DNA from: Algoriphagus sp.
GTDB lineage: Bacteria > Bacteroidota > Bacteroidia > Cytophagales > Cyclobacteriaceae
Direction of reading: 5' to 3'
NCBI GenBank assembly: GCA_024642365.1
Contig: JAHEBE010000001.1
Coordinates: 7,894 to 71,893, forward strand
DNA: 64,000 nucleotides
A program made the translations under genes and the position numbers. The number at the start of each line of letters is the position of its first letter. The first letter of the stretch is position 1. The notes below the pieces were generated by a model. The model did not search any database. It saw only the letters and a program-made list of their open reading frames with translations, and was not told where the DNA came from. Shown here piece by piece: positions 1-9,232 of this stretch.

Positions 1-1
1 G

Positions 2-1390
2 GTGATTCGATATTTCGCCTCAGATATCCAGAATGCTTACGGCCCTCACGTATCTGATCCAAGATCAGGTGAAATTTTAGAATCTGATATCGGATGGTAT
101 CATAATGTGATGAACCTGTTGAGAAACTGGTTCTTCATTCAAACGGCTGCAATCAATCCTGATGCTAGAAGCGTCAATTTTGACGATGAGGTAATGGGTC
201 GTTTGGTTCGATTTGTGTCTTCTCATGAAGTAGGCCATACGCTTGGACTTCCTCATAATTTTGCTTCATCTCATGCTTATCCTGTTGAAAAACTTCGTGA
301 TGCAGCATTTACCTCTGAAATGGGAACGGCTCCATCAATTATGGATTATGCGAGATTTAACTACATCGCCCAGCCGGAAGACAAAGGCGTTAGCTTGATG
401 CCAAATGTTGGCCCTTATGATAAATATGCCGTAATGTGGGGTTACAAGCCAATTCCTGATGCAAAGACTCCAGAAGCAGAACAGGCAACTTTGGATAAGT
501 GGATAATGGCAAAGCAAGGCGATCCAGTCTACCGTTATGGTCGTCAGGGAAATAGCTATGACCCAACTGCACAAAGTGAAGATTTGGGAGATAATTCTAT
601 GCTGGCTTCCGAATATGGAATTAAAAACCTAAAACGGATCATGCCTAATTTGATGGAATGGACCAAAGAGTCAGACAAACCATACAAGGATTTTGATGAC
701 TTGGAAGAAATGTATGGTCAGGTGATCACCCAATTCAACCGATACATGGGACACGTTCGAACTAACGTGGGTGGTGTGGCAGAAGTATACCGAGCATCTG
801 GTCAAGATATTCCGGTTTATATCCACACTTCTAAAGAAATCCAGAAATCGGCAGTAGACTTCCTAAATAAGAATTTGTTTGCAACTCCAGAATGGATGAT
901 GCAGGATGATATCATTTCCCGTATTGGTGATTTCGGAGCTTTGGAGCGAATCAGAGGCGTACAAGTAACGACCCTAAACGGAGTTCTAGAATGGGGCAGA
1001 CTTGGTCGAATGATCGAAAACGAAGCGCTTAACGGAAGTAGCGCCTATAAAATGACTGAGCTATTTGATGACTTGAGAAAAGGTATCTGGACCGAATTAG
1101 GTGCCGGTAGAACAATAGATGTTCACCGTAGAGCTTTGCAACGAGCGCATATAGAGCGTTTGGAATTGCTATTGACTGGAGATGAGCCTGCACTTCCTGC
1201 AGCCTTCAGAAGATTTGTGGGTCCACAAATTAATGCCTCTCAATCTGATATCAGACCAATGGCAAGGGGTGAATTGAAAACACTCCAAGCTTCCATTAGA
1301 TCTGCAATCCCTAGGACTTCAGACAAGATGAGTAAGCTTCATTTAGAGGATGCGTTAGAGCGTATCAATACTATATTGGAACCAAAATAA
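2..1390 (+). CDS. Zinc-dependent metalloprotease (metzincin, EcxA/DUF4953-like), 5' truncated by window edge
   Basis: HEVGHTLGLPHNF (HExxHxxGxxH) zinc motif and Met-turn SIMDY; ORF open from window start. Confidence 0.9.
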   Translation: MIRYFASDIQNAYGPHVSDPRSGEILESDIGWYHNVMNLLRNWFFIQTAAINPDARSVNFDDEVMGRLVRFVSSHEVGHTLGLPHNFASSHAYPVEKLRDAAFTSEMGTAPSIMDYARFNYIAQPEDKGVSLMPNVGPYDKYAVMWGYKPIPDAKTPEAEQATLDKWIMAKQGDPVYRYGRQGNSYDPTAQSEDLGDNSMLASEYGIKNLKRIMPNLMEWTKESDKPYKDFDDLEEMYGQVITQFNRYMGHVRTNVGGVAEVYRASGQDIPVYIHTSKEIQKSAVDFLNKNLFATPEWMMQDDIISRIGDFGALERIRGVQVTTLNGVLEWGRLGRMIENEALNGSSAYKMTELFDDLRKGIWTELGAGRTIDVHRRALQRAHIERLELLLTGDEPALPAAFRRFVGPQINASQSDIRPMARGELKTLQASIRSAIPRTSDKMSKLHLEDALERINTILEPK

Positions 1391-1411
1391 GGATCCAAAT
1401 CTTAACAAATC

Positions 1412-1439
1412 AGGGGTGTCCATTAGACACCCCTTTTTT
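1412..1439 (+). terminator. Intrinsic terminator
   Basis: AGGGGTGTC-catta-GACACCCCT followed by T run. Confidence 0.85.
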
Positions 1440-1479
1440 GTAGCTGTCATTTTTGCTTATTTTGAAGCAAAATCACTTT

Positions 1480-1887
1480 ATGAATACCGCACTTTCTATT
1501 TTAAAACAACATAAGCTTCGAGTTACAGATTGCCGATTAGAGATTATCAATGAATTTCTAGGTAAGCAAGTAGCCTTGGCACATAGTGATTTGGAGGAAA
1601 GTTTGAATAGCCAATTTGATCGTGTTACGATTTACAGAACACTCAAAACTTTTTTGGATGAAGATTTAATTCATAAAGTTTTGGACGACCGAGGAGCTAC
1701 CAAGTATGCGCTTTGTACCCATGAGGCAGCTGAACATAATCATGAGCATGTGCACTTCAAATGTGAAAAATGTGGTGAAACAACATGTTTGGAATCAATT
1801 GCTCTTCCCAAAATTCCCTTGCCAAAAGGATTTAAAAAACATGAAATGAGTTTATTGGTCCAAGGGACTTGTAACAAGTGTAATTAA
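1480..1887 (+). CDS. Fur family transcriptional regulator (Zur-like)
   Basis: DRVTIYRTL helix-turn-helix, HNHEHVHF, CEKC and C-terminal CNKC; ATG 1480 preferred over TTG 1453. Confidence 0.9.
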   Translation: MNTALSILKQHKLRVTDCRLEIINEFLGKQVALAHSDLEESLNSQFDRVTIYRTLKTFLDEDLIHKVLDDRGATKYALCTHEAAEHNHEHVHFKCEKCGETTCLESIALPKIPLPKGFKKHEMSLLVQGTCNKCN

Positions 1888-2114
1888 TAATCGACAGGCT
1901 CTGGCGATTTTTGTCTTACTGGCGAATCCGTTGGCCAAATCACTCCAGGAGGCAAATCAATTTTTGGTGGGCCAATATTATCCACTCCTCCATCTCCATC
2001 GTCATTTCGATCATTCCCCTTGCGAATTGAGTTATTTGTCATCGTCGCCACAAAATAAATCAGGATCACATAGGCTAAGCCGCAAAGAATTAAGTCTAGA
2101 ACCAAACTGCTCAT
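1884..2114 (-). CDS. Small single-pass membrane protein
   Basis: 76 aa; N-terminal hydrophobic helix, then acidic DDGDGG and Pro-rich PKIDLPPGVIWP tail. Confidence 0.65.
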   Translation of the reverse strand: MSSLVLDLILCGLAYVILIYFVATMTNNSIRKGNDRNDDGDGGVDNIGPPKIDLPPGVIWPTDSPVRQKSPEPVDY

Positions 2115-2264
2115 ACTAAAAATTTTTAGAAAATATACTAGAATACTCCTTTTAAATCAATGCTTTAGCGGATTTGTTTTCCAATTTATCCAACTTTTAT
2201 GATTGGTTCCAGTTTGCTAAATCCCTCGGATAGGTGGATATTTGCCCACTGAAAAATAAAAGCA

Positions 2265-2738
2265 ATGATCGTAAAGACTAAAAAATATAAGCTCGAGACT
2301 GGTACCTATATCAAAATGGGATTGATCAGCATTATTAAAGAGCAATGGTGGGTAATCTTAATTGCGTTGGCAATTTGCCTTGGATACCTATGGATTGCTT
2401 CTATTTGGTGGTTTATAGGGGCAGTGATCGCCTATGGTTTATACATTTTATTTTGGGCGATTCAGTTTACTGGAGTTACTCAAATGGAGCAGAACAAAAT
2501 GATCTTCGAAAAGATGGCTTATGAGATCGATAGCAGACAGATTTTGATGAAAATAAACACGAAGCAAGGGATGCCTGTCCAGTGGAATATGATCAAAAAG
2601 GCTGAAGTCACTAAAGACGCCTATGTACTTTATTTATCAAAAGCTCAATTTATTCATCTCCCTTTCCGAATTTTCAATTCTGAGAATGAACGGAAATTCA
2701 TGGAGACAATTCTGAAAAGGAAGGAATTTTTGAAATAA
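2265..2738 (+). CDS. YcxB-like membrane protein
   Basis: Two TM helices, then W..IKK..YVLY..FIHLP.R.F C-terminal pattern. Confidence 0.75.
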   Translation: MIVKTKKYKLETGTYIKMGLISIIKEQWWVILIALAICLGYLWIASIWWFIGAVIAYGLYILFWAIQFTGVTQMEQNKMIFEKMAYEIDSRQILMKINTKQGMPVQWNMIKKAEVTKDAYVLYLSKAQFIHLPFRIFNSENERKFMETILKRKEFLK

Positions 2739-2779
2739 AAAAAGGGGCTGTAATTTTTCAATTACAGCCCCTTTTTTTT
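2737..2779. terminator. Bidirectional intrinsic terminator
   Basis: A run-GGGGCTGTAATT-tttc-AATTACAGCCCC-T run between convergent genes. Confidence 0.92.
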
Positions 2780-2788
2780 CAGTTTGAA

Positions 2789-3289
2789 TTACATCGGAGG
2801 TAATATCACCGTATCGATTACATGAACCACACCATTGTCTGCCATAATATCAGCAGCGGTAACGGTAGCATTATTAATCATCGCCTTTCCATCTTTCAAG
2901 GTTACAGTGATTTCCGCGCCTTGAACTGTTTTTGCCTTCTGGCCATTCTTCAAATCCTTAGAAAGAACTTTACCAGGGACCACGTGATAGGTCAATACCG
3001 CGACAAGTTTTGCCTTATTTTCCGGCTTCAACAAATTCTCAACAGTGCCAGCAGGTAACTTTGCAAAAGCTTCATTGGTCGGAGCAAAAACCGTAAAAGG
3101 CCCATCGCCCTTAAGTACGTCCACTAAGTCTCCAGCTTTTACAGCAGCTACAAGCGTAGATAGAAAATCAGTAGAAACTGCTAAATCGACAATATCAGCT
3201 TCTACCTCGTGTACTGAACTGTTTTTTGGGGTAAATGAAGAGACAATAAATAGACATGCTATTATCATCAAGCTTGTTAATTTTTTCAT
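2789..3289 (-). CDS. Fasciclin (FAS1) domain secreted protein
   Basis: Signal peptide; [17 protein letters not shown] and [16 protein letters not shown]1 motifs. Confidence 0.95.
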   Translation of the reverse strand: MKKLTSLMIIACLFIVSSFTPKNSSVHEVEADIVDLAVSTDFLSTLVAAVKAGDLVDVLKGDGPFTVFAPTNEAFAKLPAGTVENLLKPENKAKLVAVLTYHVVPGKVLSKDLKNGQKAKTVQGAEITVTLKDGKAMINNATVTAADIMADNGVVHVIDTVILPPM

Positions 3290-3461
3290 GCGTTAAATAG
3301 TTTTGGTTTAGGTTATGAAAACAGGCTGTTTAAAATATTTGTTTAGCAAATGTTTTAAAAGTGCCATGAAAGGGAACCTCCATTGATAAAGGTTAGATTT
3401 TGTCTAGTAAGTGGTCAAACACAAGGTTCCTTTTTGAACATATTTATTCCTAAACTTAAGG

Positions 3462-3935
3462 ATGCAAATCAAATTACTAACCGTTGGCAAAACAGATCAT
3501 GCTTCAATTCTTGAATTAATTAAGGAATATGAAAGCAGATTATCACATTACATTCGATTTGAGCTTGAGGTAATTCCAGATTTAAAAAATACAAAATCAC
3601 TTTCCGAGGCATCACAAAAAGAAAAAGAAGGGGAATTGATTTTGAAAAAAATTCTAACCGCAGATGAATTAATTCTTTTGGATGAACGAGGGAAAAGTTT
3701 CAGTTCTGTTGAGTTTTCATCGTTGCTTCAAAAAAAAATGAATTCGGGACTGAAAACATTAATTTTTGTAATTGGTGGTCCCTATGGCTTTTCTGAGGCC
3801 GTATATGCAAGAGCAAATGGAAAAATTTCCATTTCCAAAATGACTTTTTCTCATCAAATGATTCGCCCTTTTTTCATCGAACAATTGTATAGAGCCTTTA
3901 CCATTTTAAAAGGCGAGCCTTATCACCACGAATAG
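3462..3935 (+). CDS. rlmH: 23S rRNA pseudouridine-1915 N3-methyltransferase
   Basis: LLDERG, FVIGGPYG, MTFSHQM, EQLYRA..I..GEPYHH motifs. Confidence 0.97.
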   Translation: MQIKLLTVGKTDHASILELIKEYESRLSHYIRFELEVIPDLKNTKSLSEASQKEKEGELILKKILTADELILLDERGKSFSSVEFSSLLQKKMNSGLKTLIFVIGGPYGFSEAVYARANGKISISKMTFSHQMIRPFFIEQLYRAFTILKGEPYHHE

Positions 3936-4033
3936 TTAGGATTACCTTAATGTTAAAATTTGGATTGATATTTGTTTCAATGTTACCAAATTGTTAATTT
4001 TAAATTAATTGCTTAACATTGCCGAAGCTATTC

Positions 4034-4861
4034 ATGAAAAATTTATTACTCATCGGCCTATTTCTATCCATGCAGACCTTTTTGGTTTATGCTCAGGAAA
4101 CTGCTATGAGTCAGGATGAATTGAAATTTGAATCAGCTATCGAAGAAAATTATTGGGCTGAAGGACTTCAATCCCCATACAAGTTATTCCGAGCAGTAAA
4201 TGCCAATCCTTTGATTGAGGATCAAAAATGGGAAGAATTGCTTAGTGAGTTAGACGAAAAACATACAAAGAAGGGGCAAAGCATCGCTTTGTTGAGAGCT
4301 ATTTTTGAAAAGTCACATCAGAAACTATTTAAAAAATACGAGCAGCATTCGACTTTCAATGCCATGCTTGATAATGGTAAATTTGATTGTGTTAGTGGTT
4401 CGGCGGCATTAGGATTACTCCTTGATCGATATCAATATGATTTTAAAATCGTCGAAACAGATTACCATGTTTTCATTGTGGTAGATTTTGAAAACAATGA
4501 TATCCTTTTTGAAAGTACCCTGCCGATTGGAGGTATGATTACTTCCCCTTCTGAAGTTGAGGCTTATTTGGCAGCTTATAAGCCAACTAAAGCCGCTCAG
4601 CTTTACCCTATCAATCAACGCCTTGGAGATCCAACCCAAGCGCTTGCAGACAACTCCATTTTTAGAAAAGTCACACTGAAAGAATTGGCAGGCCTTCAAT
4701 ATTATAACGATGCCATCTCAAATTTCAACCAACAATTATTTGCAGATGCTTCTGCCCAGTTGACTAAAGCGATGGCCCTATATTCCTCGGATCGAATTAA
4801 AGACTTGAAGGAATTGGCAATTGAACAAGCATACAAGACTACAGGAAGAGATATTAAATAA
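4034..4861 (+). CDS. Secreted protein with transglutaminase-like core and C-terminal TPR-like helices
   Basis: Signal peptide; FDCVSG...YHVFI...FEST putative Cys-His-Glu triad. Confidence 0.6.
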   Translation: MKNLLLIGLFLSMQTFLVYAQETAMSQDELKFESAIEENYWAEGLQSPYKLFRAVNANPLIEDQKWEELLSELDEKHTKKGQSIALLRAIFEKSHQKLFKKYEQHSTFNAMLDNGKFDCVSGSAALGLLLDRYQYDFKIVETDYHVFIVVDFENNDILFESTLPIGGMITSPSEVEAYLAAYKPTKAAQLYPINQRLGDPTQALADNSIFRKVTLKELAGLQYYNDAISNFNQQLFADASAQLTKAMALYSSDRIKDLKELAIEQAYKTTGRDIK

Positions 4862-4892
4862 AAAATGGCTCCTTTATTAGAAGAGCCTTTTT
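4861..4892 (+). terminator. Probable intrinsic terminator
   Basis: GGCTC...GAGCC stem flanked by A and T runs. Confidence 0.55.
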
Positions 4893-5110
4893 ACTTCTTG
4901 AACCATCACCCCAACGAGCAAGAAGCCTATAAAAAGCTTGTCTCTCATTCTATCAAAGCATAAAAGCTATAAAAAAGCCAATTAATGAAGCTTTTTTGAT
5001 AAGGCTATTTACAAGTTTTGAATCGAGTTGCATTTGAGGACATTTAACTGGCGCCAAATTAGTTACGCTCATCTAATTTGGAAATACGACAAATGCCCTA
5101 TTAATTAAGA

Positions 5111-5620
5111 CTAGTGATGATGTCCTCCTGGCCCATGCACATGCCCGTGGGAGATTTCTTCTGGCTCAGCATCTCTAATGGATATTATTTTCCCTTCAAA
5201 AGACAAGTCATAACCAGCAAGAGGTGGATTAAAATCCATGTGGACTCCTAAATAATCTATTTTAGTGATCTCACCTTTGATTTGGTTTCCTTTCTCATCT
5301 TGCATCGGAATTACTTTACCGACTCGAAGCATATCCTGATTTTTTTTTCCCTCTTGCTTGAAGTTGGCCTTTGGAATAATGGTCTTTCGCTCTTCAAAAT
5401 AATCCCCGTAGGCATTTTCAAAATCGATAAACACCGAAAACGAATCCCCTACACTTTTGCCCAATAAAGAAGCTTCAAACTTTGGAAAAACAGAATCTGA
5501 TCCCGCTAAAAAAAGAAACGGAGCATTTTCAGGAACATTTTCCCATTGCTGCATTCCAGTTTCACCATTGTCCACTTTCAAATTATAGGAAATACCTATG
5601 ACTTTGCCTTTCTCAACCAT
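5111..5620 (-). CDS. slyD: FKBP-type peptidyl-prolyl isomerase, SlyD-like
   Basis: AYGDY, DFNPPLAG (cf. DFNHPLAG), C-terminal HGHVHGPGGHHH. Confidence 0.85.
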   Translation of the reverse strand: MVEKGKVIGISYNLKVDNGETGMQQWENVPENAPFLFLAGSDSVFPKFEASLLGKSVGDSFSVFIDFENAYGDYFEERKTIIPKANFKQEGKKNQDMLRVGKVIPMQDEKGNQIKGEITKIDYLGVHMDFNPPLAGYDLSFEGKIISIRDAEPEEISHGHVHGPGGHHH

Positions 5621-5637
5621 TCTAAAATCTTGTTTTA

Positions 5638-7338
5638 TTATTTAAACAAATAAGCTACTCCGACTTGTCCCACAAAGTTTTTCCGATCATAACCTGGGAC
5701 GAAGTATTCATCTGGTCTATTTTCTAAATACCACATGTAGTTTAATGTGTTTACATATTGCATTCGAGCATTTACTAGAAGATTACCAAATTTCCAATCA
5801 GCGATCAAAGACGGAACCAAGTCAACATACTTATTTCTAAAATCTTTCGACGCTTCATATCGATAATAATAAAAATCAAGATTGTAAACGATACGCTCCA
5901 TTTGAAAGCCAATCCGATTCATTTTATGAACCCAAGCAAATTCGATAAATATCTGATTACTACCTGGACCATTTCCCACCCCTAATACTTGTCCGTTATG
6001 GGTATATCCATCTCGTACATGATTATGAATATACCAAGTCTGCAAATCTCGAATATCCTCTCGGATAGTTTGCCCTGTTTGAGTCATTTCAGAACTAATT
6101 TGGAAATACTGGTCTTCCTTATTTAGATCCATCAAATAAGAAAAACCGAAAGTAAATCCTCTCCCAGATTCCGGCGTAACTATAAAGTCATTCAATCGAC
6201 GATTATTCCCTAGTGTACCATACTCGCCATAAAATTCAAAATGGCCCTGAGGACTTAGCCATCTAAAGTATCCAGAACTAAATTGCTGTCTTTTATCCTT
6301 TATAGGGTCATAGATGTTTGGAGATCCTTTTCTTCCATTAAAAATCGGGAGTGCATCGCCAAAAGTAGTCACATCATCTCGATACAAGTGATTGGTGGAA
6401 CCATAGCCTAAAAACAATCCCGGAACCCATTTAGGTTGATATGTCAATATTATCCCCGATAAAAATCGGTTCCCCTCTTCACGTTTTGGGTAATAAACAG
6501 GATTTTGCTGGATAGTGTAGTCGGGCCAAGGAGGCAGATAACCCGAGGATTTTAAAAAACCAGCAATAACTTGTCCTTCGAAAGATCCAATAGGCGTTGC
6601 TACTGGCTTTCTGGTATTAGCAGTAAAATGCAAAAATCCTGGAGCATTATTTCCCAGAAGGAGTGAATTTCTCCTGCCTGGTCCCCACCATAAATTTTCA
6701 GTGGAAATACCTATTGAGTAAGCTTTATAATTATATCGAAAACTGGATTGACCGAAGTATAGTTTATTATATGAACTTGTCCCGAAACGTTCAGGAGTAT
6801 CAATCCGATTCATATACTCATAATAAAACAAGATAGTCGCTTGATGCTCTATTGGAAACCCTAAATAATCCTTGTTCTGAGCATTAAGGTATTCTGGCTG
6901 CAGCTGAAGGCTAAATCCTTTATATTCCGCATACGCCCCTAAGCTTAGTATACTTTGAAACCCTCTATTTGGAATAAAAGCACCGTCGTTAACTCCAAAA
7001 GCATAGGTGGAATTGTATTGAGTCCGATACGAGACTGGTAATAACTGAATTCTCCCAGAATCTCCCTTTCCAAATTTTCTGTGAAATATGGAATTATCGA
7101 AGTCAATAGCATTACTATCCAATTCAAAAGCATCTTTTACTCCGAATGCATCTATTGGATAAATAGGTCGGATCATATAAGAGCTAGAGGAATCTACTTT
7201 ACCTAGTAGCTGAGCTCGCCTCAAATAGTCATCCAACACAGGAGTTCCAAGTGAAACTGTTTGTCCAAATGATTTGGTTAGTATCCCCAAAAAGAAAAAA
7301 AATCCGACTATAATCTTACTAAATCTTGCCCCCATCAT
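5638..7338 (-). CDS. Capsule assembly Wzi-family outer membrane protein
   Basis: Signal peptide; STENLWWGPGRRNSLLLGNNAPGF motif; aromatic beta-barrel C-terminus. Confidence 0.8.
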   Translation of the reverse strand: MMGARFSKIIVGFFFFLGILTKSFGQTVSLGTPVLDDYLRRAQLLGKVDSSSSYMIRPIYPIDAFGVKDAFELDSNAIDFDNSIFHRKFGKGDSGRIQLLPVSYRTQYNSTYAFGVNDGAFIPNRGFQSILSLGAYAEYKGFSLQLQPEYLNAQNKDYLGFPIEHQATILFYYEYMNRIDTPERFGTSSYNKLYFGQSSFRYNYKAYSIGISTENLWWGPGRRNSLLLGNNAPGFLHFTANTRKPVATPIGSFEGQVIAGFLKSSGYLPPWPDYTIQQNPVYYPKREEGNRFLSGIILTYQPKWVPGLFLGYGSTNHLYRDDVTTFGDALPIFNGRKGSPNIYDPIKDKRQQFSSGYFRWLSPQGHFEFYGEYGTLGNNRRLNDFIVTPESGRGFTFGFSYLMDLNKEDQYFQISSEMTQTGQTIREDIRDLQTWYIHNHVRDGYTHNGQVLGVGNGPGSNQIFIEFAWVHKMNRIGFQMERIVYNLDFYYYRYEASKDFRNKYVDLVPSLIADWKFGNLLVNARMQYVNTLNYMWYLENRPDEYFVPGYDRKNFVGQVGVAYLFK

Positions 7339-7997
7339 CAATTCAAAATTAATGCTTCAACTCTGATTTCTGCCAACGACCAAGACTCATCACATACCGG
7401 GTCTAGAGGTCCTCCAACAAGTTCGCTATTCATGTAAATTCTTACCGAATCAGCACTATGAGTAATTATCTGAGAAATACTATATCGTGTGGTGTAATTG
7501 GGGAAGGCCCCAAATAGACAAAGCCCTGGCTGATTCGTTCTAATTGCTCCAGATTTGGGAACATTCTGTTTAAAATAAGTACTAGGATATGACTGATAAA
7601 GGCAAAATAATGACTCGCATGGAGAGTTTGAAAAAGTAGTTCTGAATATTTCCTGGTCGTCCACACCAAAAAACCAATAATCAGGACCATCGATGCCTTT
7701 GGGGTTTCCATCCCAACTGTCATGAATTGCAATGTCTAATGTGATTTTAAGCAAATTATGTGTCGGAAGATCACCCAGATTAACAGCCACTTCTTCATTA
7801 TGGTAAAACCCTGCTAAAGTATCTTTCTCAAAAATAAAAAGCTTCCCATTTTCAAAACCCTTTAAATCTAGCTTCGAGAAATTATTGAAATAGACGAGTT
7901 CACTTGATTCTAAAGTATCTGAACAACTCGAAAAGGTCAAAAATAAACTGAAAAGGAGAAAAAATTTCCCAAACCTAAACCAGTAATTAAATTTCAT
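7338..7997 (-). CDS. Hypothetical lipoprotein (beta-sandwich-like)
   Basis: Lipobox FSSC; HDSWDGN and CDESW motifs; stop overlaps wzi-like start (TGATG). Confidence 0.7.
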   Translation of the reverse strand: MKFNYWFRFGKFFLLFSLFLTFSSCSDTLESSELVYFNNFSKLDLKGFENGKLFIFEKDTLAGFYHNEEVAVNLGDLPTHNLLKITLDIAIHDSWDGNPKGIDGPDYWFFGVDDQEIFRTTFSNSPCESLFCLYQSYPSTYFKQNVPKSGAIRTNQPGLCLFGAFPNYTTRYSISQIITHSADSVRIYMNSELVGGPLDPVCDESWSLAEIRVEALILN

Positions 7998-8103
7998 TTT
8001 CCTTCAAAATGGTTAATAAAAGCCTCTTACAAAGAAACAAAAACAATCCAAAGGATACTAAAGCAACCAGTTCTAATTCTCCTTCAGATTGGGGAAATAT
8101 CCT

Positions 8104-8111
8104 TATTTTTG
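8104..8111 (+). promoter_or_regulatory. Bacteroidota -7 promoter element for wecB
   Basis: TATTTTTG matches TAnnTTTG, 20 nt before ATG. Confidence 0.55.
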
Positions 8112-8131
8112 GAAACTAACAAATTTACCAA

Positions 8132-9226
8132 ATGCCAACTTTTACAATCGTTGCAGGTGCTCGACCCAATTTCATGAAAATTGCTCCGATCATTCATGCA
8201 ATTCAAAAAAATCAAATCTCTAATCCTAAACTCAATTTCAGACTTGTTCATACGGGCCAACATTATGACAAAAAGATGTCTGGAGATTTTTTTGAACAAT
8301 TGAATATTCCTCTCCCTGATGCAAATCTCGGAGGTGGCGGAGGAACCCAAGCTGAGCAAACAGCTGCAATAATGGTCGCCTTTGAAAAGGAACTTATCGA
8401 AAATCGTCCTGACATTGTCCTTGTAGTCGGTGATGTTACGAGTACTTTGGCTTGCTCAATAGCCGCTAAAAAACTTCAAATTGATGTAGCCCATGTAGAA
8501 GGCGGCATTCGATCTGGCGATTTAAGCATGCCAGAAGAAATTAACCGAATGGTAACAGATAGTATTACCGATCATTTTTTCACCACTTCTGAAATTGCAA
8601 ATACTAATCTTAGAAAAAGTGGAGTTCCTGAACATAAAATCCATTTTGTGGGCAATACAATGATAGATACCCTTAAGGCAAATATGGATCGATTCAGAAA
8701 GCCAGAAGGGGAGATTTTTGAGTCATTGAAAGCAGGTAATTACTTTGTGATGACTATGCACCGGCCTGCAAATGTGGACCAAGAGCATCAATTAAAAGCA
8801 ATGATTGATGCAATAGTAGAGGGGACAGAAGGACTTCCAATCATTTTCCCAGTTCACCCTAGAACAGCCAAAAACCTCGAATTAATCGGAATCAAAGCTG
8901 AAAATTTATTGATGTGCGAACCACTCGGATACCTTGAATTTAATTACCTCGTAAAAAATGCCAAGGCGGTAATTACAGATTCCGGAGGAATAACAGAGGA
9001 AGCATCAGTCATGAATATTCCTTGCATTACACTTCGGGATAACACTGAACGGGCAGAGACAATCCACCTTGGCACAAATGAACTTGTCGGAACAGACCCA
9101 GCTAAGCTCAAACCCTATTTGGAAAAAATCATGAAGGGATCGTGGAAAACTTACCAAGGAATCCCCATGTGGGATGGAAAAACAGCTGAAAGAATCGTCG
9201 AAATCCTCATAAAATCATATTCTTAA
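8132..9226 (+). CDS. wecB: UDP-N-acetylglucosamine 2-epimerase (non-hydrolysing)
   Basis: GARPNFMK, HTGQHYD, HVEGGIRS, MPEEINR, TDSGGITEE, LRDNTER. Confidence 0.95.
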   Translation: MPTFTIVAGARPNFMKIAPIIHAIQKNQISNPKLNFRLVHTGQHYDKKMSGDFFEQLNIPLPDANLGGGGGTQAEQTAAIMVAFEKELIENRPDIVLVVGDVTSTLACSIAAKKLQIDVAHVEGGIRSGDLSMPEEINRMVTDSITDHFFTTSEIANTNLRKSGVPEHKIHFVGNTMIDTLKANMDRFRKPEGEIFESLKAGNYFVMTMHRPANVDQEHQLKAMIDAIVEGTEGLPIIFPVHPRTAKNLELIGIKAENLLMCEPLGYLEFNYLVKNAKAVITDSGGITEEASVMNIPCITLRDNTERAETIHLGTNELVGTDPAKLKPYLEKIMKGSWKTYQGIPMWDGKTAERIVEILIKSYS

Positions 9227-9232
9227 ACCCTT

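Noticed and set aside
4893-5110. Possible 6S RNA or CRISPR-like array
   Set aside because: Repeats are short, degenerate and irregularly spaced; no cas genes; no long 6S-like rod; not in zapA-rny context
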